This document shows positions 1 to 9,893 of a stretch of 64,000 bases of DNA, one piece after another (the first letter of the stretch is position 1; every line of letters begins with the position of its first letter). Position numbers and translations under genes: made by a program. The notes below the pieces were generated by a model that was not told the origin of the DNA, searched no databases, and saw only the letters and a list, made by a program, of their open reading frames with translations. The stretch comes from an uncultured delta proteobacterium (GTDB lineage Bacteria > Desulfobacterota > RBG-13-43-22), in NCBI GenBank assembly GCA_963843145.1, contig CAWJJC010000022.1, forward strand, positions 438,006 through 502,005, read 5' to 3'.

Positions 1-1
1 T

Positions 2-721
2 ATCAGTTATGCCGGGGCCGAACAGGACCTAACCCGGGCCTTTCCCGGGTCCTATAACAGCCTGGGGCAACTGGAAGCGATCCGGGGGCAGGACGAACGA
101 TTCCTTCTGGGCGTAACGGGGGGGATCGCCACCGGAAAGACCACGGTGGTCAACCTGCTCCGGGCGAAGGGGGCTGCGGTGATCGACTTCGATCTTTTGG
201 CCCGGAAGGTGGTGGAGCCCGATAAAGCGGCCTGGAAGGATATTGTGGCCTATTTCGGGGAGCAGGTCCTCCAGGAAGACCGGAACTTGGACCGAAAAAA
301 GTTGTCGGAGATCGTTTTTCAGGATCTGGAGAAACGGAAAAAACTCGAGGGCTTTACCCATCCCCGGATTCTCGGGGAGTTTATTCAGGAGTTGAATGAA
401 ATCGTCTCTGCTAACCCTCAGGCCATTGTCCTGGTGGACATTCCGCTGTTGATCGAGCTGAACCTCCAGTATCTGTTTCATAAGCTCCTGGTGGTTTATG
501 TGCCGGAAGAAGAGCAGATCCATCGCCTGATGGAGCGGGACGCGATCAGCCGGGAGGAGGCGGCCGGTCGGCTCAAGGCGCAGCTTCCCATTGAAGAGAA
601 GGTGGGCTACGCGGATTTTGTCATCCACAATGAAGGTTCGCTGGAAGAGACGGGGAAACAGGTGGATGCGCTTTGGAAAAAGCTAAAGCAGCTCCAAGAG
701 GAAAAGGCGAAAGAGGCCTAA
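2..721 (+). CDS. coaE: dephospho-CoA kinase, 5' end open at the window edge (N-terminal extension or fusion)
   Basis: The frame of ORF 146..721 is open back to position 2 and contains the P-loop LGVTGGIATGKTT upstream of the ORF-track start; also DxDxLAR, THPRI, DIPLL and ADFVIHNEG motifs. Confidence 0.93.
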   Translation: MSYAGAEQDLTRAFPGSYNSLGQLEAIRGQDERFLLGVTGGIATGKTTVVNLLRAKGAAVIDFDLLARKVVEPDKAAWKDIVAYFGEQVLQEDRNLDRKKLSEIVFQDLEKRKKLEGFTHPRILGEFIQELNEIVSANPQAIVLVDIPLLIELNLQYLFHKLLVVYVPEEEQIHRLMERDAISREEAAGRLKAQLPIEEKVGYADFVIHNEGSLEETGKQVDALWKKLKQLQEEKAKEA

Positions 722-768
722 CCACAAGTAGTTGATTAACAAGATTTAGGTGTTATTCCTTCCATGAT

Positions 769-2076
769 ATGCATATGAAAGATACCCCTCGGCCCTCTAA
801 TCTTCAGGACCTCCCGCGGATGCTCTATGCCGATGAACAAGGACGGATCTTTGAACATCCCTATCTGCGGATGGCCGGGTTCTTCGGACGCCGTCCGGCC
901 CCCATCGTTAAGGATGATCTGATCCCCATGCCGGAATTCAGCAAGCTTTTCTATCTGCCGGGGTGTGCGCCCCTGGGCCTGGACCCGGAGACCGGTGAAT
1001 ACCGCCTGGTTTCCGAGATCCTCGTCGCCGGGGAAAAGATTCGTTGTTCAGCCGTGGCGGCCTTCCCCGAACCGGGGCTGGTGCGCAGCCATTTGCCGGC
1101 GGCGGACTATCGGTACCGGCAAGTGCCCCTGCCCCTTTGGGGGTATACGGCTGTGGGCTTCAAACGGGGCCGCTTCCGGATCGCCGCCTTCCGGATTGAA
1201 TCCAACTTCCGGTGGGATCCGCGCAATTTCGATGACCGAGAATTGATGCCGGCTATTCGGCGCTATCAAAAGAAGCAGGCTGGGGGGCCCCTCTTGGAAC
1301 ACCTCATCGCCTGCGCTGTTCAAAACCACTGTTTCGCCGCCAAGAACCTTTTCTTGGGCCGCTGGGAGGCACCCCTGCCGGTGAGTCGCCGCTGCAACGC
1401 CCGCTGCCTGGGTTGTCTTTCCCGGCAGGGAAAAGAGACCTGCGCCGCTTCCCATCAGCGCATCGGCTTTAAACCGGATCGGGAAGAGATCGTTTCCCTC
1501 GCCGTGCGGCATCTCCGGCAGGCCCCGGATGCGGTAGTCAGCTTTGGACAGGGCTGCGAAGGGGAGCCCTTAACCGAATACCGGCTGATTGCCGACAGTA
1601 TCCGGGAGATCCGTCGCCGGACCGACCGGGGGACTATCAATCTCAATACCAACGGCAGCCTGCCGGAGCGGGTTCTGCTGCTGGCCCAAAGCGGACTGGA
1701 CAGCATCCGGATCAGCCTGAACAGTGCCCGTCCCTCGTTTTACCAGGCCTATTACCGTCCCCAGGGGTATACTTTTCAGGAGGTGGTCACCTCCCTAAAA
1801 ACGGCTGTGGATCAGGGCCTGTTTACCATGGTCAATTACCTGGTTTTCCCGGGCATCACCGACCAGGAGTCGGAGTTGAGGGCCATACAAAAGTTGATCC
1901 GCCGCACCGGCCTTAATTTCCTGCATCTAAAAAATTTAAATATCGACCCCGAGTTTTATCTGAGCAGGTTGCCCGTTTCCAGATCTCCTTCCAAAGGGCA
2001 TAAAAATATGGTGACCGTTTTAAAAAAGGAATTTCCCGGGCTGCAACTGGGGTACTTTAACCAGGCGGTCAAGTGA
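769..2076 (+). CDS. radical SAM protein, uncharacterised family
   Basis: CNARCLGC (CxxxCxxC), SFGQGCEGEP, NTNGS. Confidence 0.88.
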   Translation: MHMKDTPRPSNLQDLPRMLYADEQGRIFEHPYLRMAGFFGRRPAPIVKDDLIPMPEFSKLFYLPGCAPLGLDPETGEYRLVSEILVAGEKIRCSAVAAFPEPGLVRSHLPAADYRYRQVPLPLWGYTAVGFKRGRFRIAAFRIESNFRWDPRNFDDRELMPAIRRYQKKQAGGPLLEHLIACAVQNHCFAAKNLFLGRWEAPLPVSRRCNARCLGCLSRQGKETCAASHQRIGFKPDREEIVSLAVRHLRQAPDAVVSFGQGCEGEPLTEYRLIADSIREIRRRTDRGTINLNTNGSLPERVLLLAQSGLDSIRISLNSARPSFYQAYYRPQGYTFQEVVTSLKTAVDQGLFTMVNYLVFPGITDQESELRAIQKLIRRTGLNFLHLKNLNIDPEFYLSRLPVSRSPSKGHKNMVTVLKKEFPGLQLGYFNQAVK

Positions 2077-2086
2077 AAAAGAACGC

Positions 2087-2452
2087 GGGTTCAATACGAA
2101 AATAGGGTCCAAGCTCACCAGCGCTCAGGCCTTTCCCCTTAGGCTTTTTCATGCTTCGTGGCCTCAGGCGGCCATGGGGGTTATATTATCAAGCGCCACC
2201 TTGGGCATTGTTTTTGCCGTCATGCCGGACTCGATCCGGCATCCAAGTCCTTTGAGACGTAACTGAGGCCTGGATTTCGGATCGCGCTTCGCTTGTCCGG
2301 AATGACGAGATGACTCGATCCGATCAAAGCCTAATTACATGCTTCGCAGGTGGCCCTGATGAAAAACTCGTCACCCCCGAATGCTTTTATCGGGTATCCA
2401 CTCCTCTTCTCGAGAACCAGGATTCCCGCTCAAGAGCGCTGCGGGAATGACG
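2087..2452. repeat. intergenic repeat cluster: TACGAAAAT...TTTTCATGCTTCG modules plus two CGTC-type REP doublets (2218-2307, 2369-2452)
   Basis: cgtcatgccggactcgatccggcatcca...ccggaatgacg and cgtcacccccgaa...ggattcccgctcaagagcgctgcgggaatgacg; related copies at about 11.3, 13.9, 14.4, 20.1, 39.2 and 43.4 kb. Confidence 0.85.
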
Positions 2453-2507
2453 CTCTCCTCTGAAGTAGCGACCATTGAGAGGCCAATTAGAGGTCAAAAA
2501 ACCAGTT

Positions 2508-2891
2508 ATGCGTCCCCTCGACCTTTCCATGGATGAATTTGAAAAGATGACCTCCCAGGCCATCAGGGAGATACCGGAAGATTTCCTGGAGGCCCTGGAA
2601 AACGTGGAAGTCTTTGTGGAGGAAGAAGCCGGACAGGAGGTCTTGGACGAATTGGGGATTGGCTTCCCGGGGAGTCTCCTGGGTCTTTATCAGGGGGTAC
2701 CCCGAGGTGAGCAGAGCGCCTTTAACCCTCCGCCCATCCTGCCGCACCGGATTATACTTTTCCTTCGTCCGATCCTCCGGATAAGCCGAAACCGGAGGGA
2801 AGTGGTAGAACAAATAAAAAAAACCCTGGTCCATGAAATTGCCCACCATTTCGGTTTTTCTGATAACCGTCTCCGGGAGTTGGGGTATTGA
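2508..2891 (+). CDS. minimal zincin-like metallopeptidase family protein
   Basis: LLGLYQGVP, RIILF, TLVHEIAHHFG (HExxH). Confidence 0.88.
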   Translation: MRPLDLSMDEFEKMTSQAIREIPEDFLEALENVEVFVEEEAGQEVLDELGIGFPGSLLGLYQGVPRGEQSAFNPPPILPHRIILFLRPILRISRNRREVVEQIKKTLVHEIAHHFGFSDNRLRELGY

Positions 2892-2980
2892 GGCCCGTTT
2901 TTATGTTTGACAAAGGGGTTTACTTTTGGATATAGAAAATTAGATAAGGGACCGAAGCTCCACAAATAAAGGAGGTTGGC

Positions 2981-3913
2981 ATGAGTGCCCAGGGAAAACC
3001 AAAGGCCTTGATCTTGGTTATCGACGATGAAATGATCGTCCACCAGAGTATTTCCAGAATTCTCGAAGCGGAGGCCTATCGAGTGGATGGGGTCCTCCGG
3101 GTGGACGAAGCCCTGGAGCGGCTGAAAAAAACGCCCTACGATCTGGTGTTGACCGACCTGATGATCCCTGAAAAAAGCGGGATGGAGGCGGTCAAGGCCA
3201 TCGCCCGAGATTATCCCGACATGGGCGTGGTGATGTTTACCGGTTTTCCCACCGTTGATTCCGCGGTCGAATCGATGAAGCTGGGCTCCCTGGATTACCT
3301 ACCCAAGCCCTTCACCCCGGACGAATTGCTGGCCGTGGTTGACCGGTCCCTGGAAAGAATCCAAAAAATTCGACGGGAACGGGAACTGGAGGAAATATAC
3401 TCCGAAGCCGAAATGGCGATCCAGTCCAGTCTGGAACTGAAGGAAATCCTAAATTCCATCAATGAAAATGTGGTTCGCCTCTTTAAAGTCAAAGGCAGTT
3501 CCCTTCTAATCCTCAACCAGAAAAAGGAGACCCTGGAACTGGCTTCCTCCCTGGGGCTTTCCGAGGGCTACTTGCAGAAGGGGACCATCGACGCCACAAA
3601 AAGCGTGCCCGAGGTGCTCAGGTCCAGCGAAGCGGCGGTGGTCCAGGCCGACCAGTTTGAAAATAAACTTCAGTACCCGGAGGAGGCTCGCCGGGAAGGG
3701 ATCTCCACGATCCTCTCCTATCCGCTCAAGGTGCAAGACCGGATATCGGGTATCCTGCGGCTCTACAGCCAACAGCCCCGTTCTTTCAGCCGGGAGGAAC
3801 TGGACCTGCTCCAGAAATTCGCCGAACAGGGAACTCGGGCCATCGAAAACGCCTTAGCTTACGCCAAAGTGCGCAACGACCTGGAAGCGCTCCAGAAATA
3901 CGTCCCGGAATAG
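2981..3913 (+). CDS. response regulator, REC + GAF
   Basis: Canonical receiver (VIDDE, LTDLMIP, TG, YLPKP); C-terminal GAF (YPEEARREGI, GILRLYS, AIENA); RBS aaggagg. Confidence 0.9.
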   Translation: MSAQGKPKALILVIDDEMIVHQSISRILEAEAYRVDGVLRVDEALERLKKTPYDLVLTDLMIPEKSGMEAVKAIARDYPDMGVVMFTGFPTVDSAVESMKLGSLDYLPKPFTPDELLAVVDRSLERIQKIRRERELEEIYSEAEMAIQSSLELKEILNSINENVVRLFKVKGSSLLILNQKKETLELASSLGLSEGYLQKGTIDATKSVPEVLRSSEAAVVQADQFENKLQYPEEARREGISTILSYPLKVQDRISGILRLYSQQPRSFSREELDLLQKFAEQGTRAIENALAYAKVRNDLEALQKYVPE

Positions 3914-4054
3914 ATTCTTACCTCCATTGTTCTGAGAATTTGTCTTTAACAATGGATGAAAGAATCTAAATTAAAAGACGTTAGCTTTAAATCTGTTAAG
4001 TGGTTTTTATTATAGCCAAAAATATTAGGAATATTTTTGGCTCGGGAGAAGAAA

Positions 4055-5011
4055 ATGACCGCAGAGATCAAAGGAAACGTCCTGGTTTTAGACGGCGAAC
4101 CCCAGGTGCTGGATGAATTGACCCGTCTGCTGGAGGCCAATCAATACCGGGTATCCCCTTGCCGAACCGGAAAAGAGGCACTCGCCCTTTTTAAAGAGAA
4201 AGATTTTGATCTGTTGATTATCGAGTGGCAAGTGGACGGTCCGGACGGACTGGACGGCTTTCAAGTCATGGAATCGGTCGGCAAGCTGGATCCGACCCTG
4301 GCCGTGGTAGTCTTGACGGCTTTCCCTGATGTGGATTCGGCCGTCAAGGCCATGCGCTTGGGCGCCAAGGATTATCTTAAAAAGCCCCTGGTTCCGGATC
4401 AGCTCCTGGCTTTGGTCGAAAAGGTGATCGAAGACCGAAAAGCCCTGAGGAACCGGAGGGAATCTAAGGCGGTCTTTGAAGACATCAAGCGGAAGATCTC
4501 TTCATCTTTGAATCTTCAGGAGGTCCTGGACCTGATCGCCACCGGGGTAACCAAGGGGATGGGGGTAAAGGGCTGCACCATCGGCCTCCTGGACAAGAAG
4601 CGGGATCAACTGAAAGTGGTGGCCTACCAGGGATTAACCCAGAAGTATCTGGAAAAAGGGCCTATTGATCCCGCACGCAGCTTGGGCGGGATGGTCCAAA
4701 GCGGCCAAGACCTCTTGATCGAGGACGTCGCTCGGGATAGCCGGGTCCAATACCCCGAAGAGGCCAGGGAAGAAGGTATTAAATCCATCCTGAGCGTGCC
4801 TTTGCTGCTCAAACAGGAACTTATCGGGGCGCTGCGCATTTATACCGCCACGGCCCATAATTTTTCTCCGGAAGAATTCAAATTCCTTCACGACTTGGCG
4901 GATCAGGCCGCGCTGGCCATTGAAAATGCCCGCTCCTACGAAGACATGAAAGAAAAATACGAGGCCTTGCGTGGCGATCTGGTCGATTATTTTGAAGACG
5001 GCTGGACTTAG
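4055..5011 (+). CDS. atypical response regulator, REC + GAF, paralog of the upstream gene
   Basis: Receiver fold with VLDGE and LIIEWQ (phospho-Asp position is Glu), YLKKP; GAF resembles that of the upstream gene. Confidence 0.85.
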   Translation: MTAEIKGNVLVLDGEPQVLDELTRLLEANQYRVSPCRTGKEALALFKEKDFDLLIIEWQVDGPDGLDGFQVMESVGKLDPTLAVVVLTAFPDVDSAVKAMRLGAKDYLKKPLVPDQLLALVEKVIEDRKALRNRRESKAVFEDIKRKISSSLNLQEVLDLIATGVTKGMGVKGCTIGLLDKKRDQLKVVAYQGLTQKYLEKGPIDPARSLGGMVQSGQDLLIEDVARDSRVQYPEEAREEGIKSILSVPLLLKQELIGALRIYTATAHNFSPEEFKFLHDLADQAALAIENARSYEDMKEKYEALRGDLVDYFEDGWT

Positions 5012-5101
5012 AACGCCTGCCGTATCCCGCAGCCCTCTTTATTCCTTAATTTTCTCGCCGCAGTAGGGTCCTCCCATACCATCCAGGTGGCTTAACCCGC
5101 T

Positions 5102-6237
5102 ATGAAGAAACTGAAAAAAACCAAGTCGAAAATTCCGGTCCCAGCTAAGGGTAAAATCGCCGACCTCAACAGCTTACCCAAATTCTGGGCCAACCTCATT
5201 GAAAATTCTCCGGATGCCATTGTGGCCATCCGCAAGGGGGGGAGATCATCATCTTCAACCGGGCGGCGGAAAAGCTTTTGGGCTATCGGGAGGCCGAGGT
5301 CATCGAGCGAATGAACATTACGGATATTTACCCTTTCGGCCAGGCCAAAGCGATCATGAAGGATCTGAGGTCCGCGGAATACGGCGGACCCGGCTTGCTG
5401 GAGAAGAGGGAATTTCTCCTGCTGGATAAAAACGGCTGGGAGATCCCGGTCTATATTTCGGCCTCGATACTCTACGATGCGGAAAGGGAAATCGGTTCGG
5501 TGGGGGTATTCACCGATCTGCGGGAGAAGCGGGAATTGGAAAAGCAACTCCTGCGGACCGAAAAATTGTCTTCTCTGGGCAAGATGGCGGCCGGGATTGC
5601 CCATGAAATCAACCAGCCGCTGACCGGTGTCTTGACCTTCGCCCACCTGCTGCTCAAAAAATTCAAGGACGATGAAGCGACCCGACTGGATCTGGAATTG
5701 ATCGTCCGGGAAACCACCCGCATTAAGAAAATCGTTCAGGGGGTCCTGGATTTTGGCCGGGAAACTCCGATGAAAAAAGAGTTACAGGCCATTGAGGATA
5801 TCCTGGACACCACCCTAAAAATCATCATCCACCAGGAACGTTTTTTCGGCATCAACCTGATTAAGAAATACGGCGCCGATATACCGCCGGTCAAGGCAGA
5901 CAGCAGTCGAATGGAACAAGTATTTTTGAATATTATCTTCAATGCCCTGGAAGCCATGGGTGGTTCCGGCACGCTGACCGTTCAAACTCGAAAGACTTCC
6001 GAAGGGGTCGAAGTGGACCTGAGCGATACCGGGCCCGGGATCCCCGCAGAGATCCTGGATAAGATCTTCGATCCTTTTTATACCACCAAGGATTCCACCG
6101 AAGGACTGGGCATGGGCCTGGGTTTGGCCGTTTGTTACGGGATTGTCAAGAAACACAACGGGGATATCCAGGTAACCAGTTCCCCCGAGTTGGGCACCAC
6201 TTTTACCGTCAGGCTGCCACTTGCTGAACCTGCTTGA
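5102..6237 (+). CDS. PAS sensor histidine kinase, frameshifted in a G-run near 5236-5242
   Basis: LIENSPDAIVAI continues in another frame as EIIIFNRAAEKLLGY; H-box AHEINQPL, N, DTGPGI and GMGLGL boxes. Confidence 0.88.
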
Positions 6238-6239
6238 CA

Positions 6240-6331
6240 GGAAAACCCATTCGCCGAGACCCCATGGCCACAGAGGCCCGATTTCAGGTTCATTTGCCCT
6301 ATATTGTGGCCACCCACCCAAAAGTGCGCAC
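6240..6331 (+). repeat. partial (right-arm) copy of the 34390-34699 inverted-repeat element
   Basis: ggaaaacccattcgccgagaccccatggccacagaggcccgatttcag closely resembles 34609-34656. Confidence 0.7.
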
Positions 6332-6341
6332 AACCATTAAA

Positions 6342-7463
6342 TTAAATCAAACCTTTCCCTTTAAGTTCTTTAAAGATGAACTGCCCTTCATTCAGACCCC
6401 GATAAATGGCGGCTGAGGTGATGGTGGCCGTGGTTACGGCATCGACCTTGTGCGAAAAGTGAAAGGGGTTGTAAATATATCGGCCGATAATTCTTTGGCG
6501 CATCTTGGCGATATCGGCGTCATCCCAATTTTCATTACCGTATTTGGTCAGTTGAATAGGAATGAATTGAAGGATTTTTCCATTGGCTCCGAAAGTGTAG
6601 ATAAAATGGGTATCATGACAGACGTCACAGGTGGGCAACTGGCTGACCACCTGGGCGAAGAGGCGCCGGCTTTCCCCGTTTTTTTCAACGACCCCCGTAT
6701 AGATGACGCGTCCCTTTTTGAGGGTAACTCGATCAAAGCCGGATAGCCGCCCCCCTCCCTCGGTAAAGGCCTCCTTCACCTTGGCTTGAATCTCTTCCTC
6801 GCTGATGGGAGGCTTGAGGGTTATGACCTGGGCTTTGGTACTTTCTCCTTTTTTCCGGATAGCGGCCAGCGTCATACCGGACACGGCCTTTAACTTTTCT
6901 AACAACCCCTGAATGTCCTCATTGACACCCAAGTGGGTATCAGCCACCAGAGCGGGTTTAGCCGTAGGATCTCTGCGGACGAAAATTGAAAAGGGGGTCG
7001 GACTCCCGCCCACCGCCTCATGGAGGATATATTGGGTGTCGGGAATAATCGGATAGGGTATCTGGAAATGATCGCGAAAAATTTTAATCTCCTCGTCGTC
7101 GTTCCCTACGGCGATCCCGATCATTTTGATTTGTTTCCTGGTGGCCGCCTTCGATTGTATTAGGTCAAAGAGTCGGTTGTAGGAGGGGGCCTGTTTTTGG
7201 CAAGCGGCACAATAGACGTTCAATATCTCCACCAAAATGACTTTCGCCTGGATATCTTGGATCGTAAAACGATCACCCTTGGGAATTCCCAAGTAGGCCC
7301 TGTCTTTGGCCTTCAGCGGTGTTTTCAGGGCGGTAGCCGGAAAGTCGTCTCCGCCCTTGATGAATGTTTTTTCCTGTGCTCGGAGTTCGGCCGGCCCTCC
7401 GAAAAAAAATAAAAACATTCCTATGGCCAACAAGATCGGGATAAAAGCGAATTTTCTGGACAT
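6342..7463 (-). CDS. exported TlpA/redoxin-like protein with a C-terminal domain carrying CxxCH and an FMN-binding-like motif
   Basis: Signal peptide; NVYCAAC thioredoxin motif; TCDVCH; VDAVTTATITS. Confidence 0.75.
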   Translation of the reverse strand: MSRKFAFIPILLAIGMFLFFFGGPAELRAQEKTFIKGGDDFPATALKTPLKAKDRAYLGIPKGDRFTIQDIQAKVILVEILNVYCAACQKQAPSYNRLFDLIQSKAATRKQIKMIGIAVGNDDEEIKIFRDHFQIPYPIIPDTQYILHEAVGGSPTPFSIFVRRDPTAKPALVADTHLGVNEDIQGLLEKLKAVSGMTLAAIRKKGESTKAQVITLKPPISEEEIQAKVKEAFTEGGGRLSGFDRVTLKKGRVIYTGVVEKNGESRRLFAQVVSQLPTCDVCHDTHFIYTFGANGKILQFIPIQLTKYGNENWDDADIAKMRQRIIGRYIYNPFHFSHKVDAVTTATITSAAIYRGLNEGQFIFKELKGKGLI

Positions 7464-7633
7464 GGCGGGTTTTCCTTCCCTGTTCATCGGAGATAATCCT
7501 GCCGAATACTATTCATAGTCTCCATAGTAGAGATTAGCGCAACTTCTTTTCTTGCCTCTTATTAGCCGAAAGGGATGACGCCGGGTCGATTAGGCATCTA
7601 CTTTTTCGGCTGAGGGGACGGCGTCTGCGGCAC

Positions 7634-8221
7634 CTACCGCAACAGGGACTTCATTTCTTTGAACAATCCCGGCATGTCCTTATTGAAACCCAAATGCGTG
7701 CCGGTCACTTGAAAGGTTTTCCCCCCCGCATCCCGGCGCACAATAATGGAAAAAGGGGCCGGTGGTCCTCCCACCGCCTTATGGAGGATGTATTCCGGAT
7801 CGGAAACAATCGCGTAGGGTATCTGGAAATGATCTCGGAACTTCTTAATCTCCGGCTCCTCGTCCCCGACAGCGACCCCGAGCATTTTAATTTTTTCCCG
7901 GGTGGCCGGATCCGATTGAATCATGCCGAATAGCTGCTTGTACAGGGGCGCTTGAAGCTGACAAGGGATACAATACACATCAAATATTTCCACTAAAATG
8001 ACTTCGGCCTTCAGGTCTTTGATCGTAAAATGGTCGCCTCCGGAAATTCCCAGATAGGTCCGGTCTTGAGCCTGGACCGGGGTTTTCAGAGCGACTGTCG
8101 GAAAGGCCTCTCCCTTTTTGATCACCTTTTTCCCCTGGGCCTGGAGATCGCTCAGCCATCCGGATAAAAACAAAAGCACTCCCAATCCCAGGACCGTGAT
8201 AAACGTGGATCTTTTAAACAT
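7634..8221 (-). CDS. exported TlpA/redoxin family thiol-disulfide oxidoreductase
   Basis: Signal peptide; DVYCIPC; paralog of the N-terminal domain of 6342..7463. Confidence 0.82.
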   Translation of the reverse strand: MFKRSTFITVLGLGVLLFLSGWLSDLQAQGKKVIKKGEAFPTVALKTPVQAQDRTYLGISGGDHFTIKDLKAEVILVEIFDVYCIPCQLQAPLYKQLFGMIQSDPATREKIKMLGVAVGDEEPEIKKFRDHFQIPYAIVSDPEYILHKAVGGPPAPFSIIVRRDAGGKTFQVTGTHLGFNKDMPGLFKEMKSLLR

Positions 8222-9266
8222 GGGCAGTTTTTCCTCCTCTCGTCAGCTTTTTTCCTGGCCACCTTCGGGAGGCCATTTTCTCTCCATCCCGGGTCAAGAG
8301 CATGGCCGCCAGCCGCTCCTGCCGGTTTATCAAGGACAGACCCACTTCCGGACCTAAAAGCAGGAGGGCGGTGGCCAGGGCATCGGCTGTTTCAGCCGAA
8401 GAGGCGGTAACCGTGCCGCTGACCGCCCGGAGGGGAGACGAACCACTTACCGGGGACAGGATATGATGATGGATCTTTTCCTGGTCAAAATAGACCATAT
8501 AATTTCCCGAGGTAGCTACCGCCCCTTCCCGGAGCAAAATCATTTCCGGAGAACTCGTTCCGCCGTTCGGGTCATAGACCGCTATTCGCCAGGGTTTATC
8601 GTCTCCCCGGCCCCCGAAGACCCGAAGGTCTCCCCCCGCATCCACCAGCGCATGTCGAATTCCCTCTTTCCGGAGATAGGCGATGGTATCGTCGACGATG
8701 GTCCCCTTGGCTATGCCGTCAAGGGTGACTCCCATGCCTTCCTTGGAAAAAGTGATTTCTTCGGGACGAACCTTCAGTGCGGCGGCGCCTACCCGGCTTA
8801 AGGCGTCCCGGACGGACGACTCCGCGGGAAGACGGCCTAGTTCCTTTTCAGACTCATAAAGGTCCAGTAAAGGTTTGGTGGTCACGTCAAAAAGGCCCCG
8901 GGTCTGGGCATGAATAGCCTGACATTGCCTGAGCAGCCGATGCAGTTCAGGAGGAGGACTCGAAAGGGCCCCCCGTTCATTTAGATAGCTGAGGGCCGAA
9001 CGCGGATCATGGCGACTAAATATTCGGATCTGTGTTTCCATTCGCTGAAAACCCGCTCCCAGGACGGCCTGAGCCTGATCACGCGAAGGATGGAAAATGG
9101 TAATAGTGACAAAGGTCCCCATCAGGTTCCGGGTTTCGGAGACTTGTGACAGGGAGGAGGAAAAGGGGCTCGTGGTCATGGGCGCCGCCCAACCTTTGAC
9201 CGTCCAGCCGGCGCCCAAGAGGCCCAGGCCTTGGAGAAAGGCCCGTCGGTTCCATAGCGTTTTCAT
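8214..9266 (-). CDS. apbE: FAD:protein FMN transferase with Tat signal
   Basis: RRAFL Tat motif; LMGT, FDVT, LDGIAKG, DAGGD, VATSGNY, HHILSP, ADALATA. Confidence 0.93.
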   Translation of the reverse strand: MKTLWNRRAFLQGLGLLGAGWTVKGWAAPMTTSPFSSSLSQVSETRNLMGTFVTITIFHPSRDQAQAVLGAGFQRMETQIRIFSRHDPRSALSYLNERGALSSPPPELHRLLRQCQAIHAQTRGLFDVTTKPLLDLYESEKELGRLPAESSVRDALSRVGAAALKVRPEEITFSKEGMGVTLDGIAKGTIVDDTIAYLRKEGIRHALVDAGGDLRVFGGRGDDKPWRIAVYDPNGGTSSPEMILLREGAVATSGNYMVYFDQEKIHHHILSPVSGSSPLRAVSGTVTASSAETADALATALLLLGPEVGLSLINRQERLAAMLLTRDGEKMASRRWPGKKLTRGGKTAHV

Positions 9267-9352
9267 AAGTCGTCTATCCTGTGAGGCAAAGTTGAGGTTA
9301 GGAAGAAAGAGTTGCCGTCGGTCGAGGAGTCCCTAGTCGTAGAAGGCGCCGT

Positions 9353-9386
9353 AAAAAAAGGCGGCGGGTTGAACCGCCGCCTTTTT
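9353..9386. terminator. intrinsic terminator (bidirectional geometry)
   Basis: aaaaaaaggcggcgg-gttgaa-ccgccgccttttt. Confidence 0.85.
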
Positions 9387-9411
9387 CGGATTCATTGATT
9401 TCAGAATAGCG

Positions 9412-9804
9412 CTAGGGCTGTAGCGTTCTCATCATTTCGTCTTCAGCCTTTTTGCTCCAGACGACTTTGCCCTTCACGGTCATCGTATCGACATTAATGG
9501 CACTGTACTTCTTGTTCACGGTCCCGGAAACTTCGACGGTATCCAGGAAGTACTTGGCTTTGAGGCCCAGGCCGATATTGGACATGTAATAATACTTCCC
9601 GTCGGCCGTAACCAACACAAAGTCTTTTTCCAGGTTGATCACCGGATCGGCCTTGTCAATCGGGCAGATGTAGCCTTTTAAGAGACAGGTTAACCCTTCA
9701 ATTTTTCCCTTGACCGTCTCCGCATTGACAATCATGGGAATCAGTAGAAATATGACCAACAATACAGCCGGCACTAGCGTTTGCTTTTTGATTCCGTGCA
9801 TCAT
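9412..9804 (-). CDS. exported hypothetical protein with a Cys pair
   Basis: Signal peptide, TCLLKGYICP, RBS gaggtg. Confidence 0.75.
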   Translation of the reverse strand: MMHGIKKQTLVPAVLLVIFLLIPMIVNAETVKGKIEGLTCLLKGYICPIDKADPVINLEKDFVLVTADGKYYYMSNIGLGLKAKYFLDTVEVSGTVNKKYSAINVDTMTVKGKVVWSKKAEDEMMRTLQP

Positions 9805-9893
9805 ATCACCTCATAATTTGTAAGATTTGGTTTTCGGGGGGAGGGAAAGGCCGTTAAGCTTCCCCCTCCCCCGGGGTTTCGTTTAGAGTCAGG

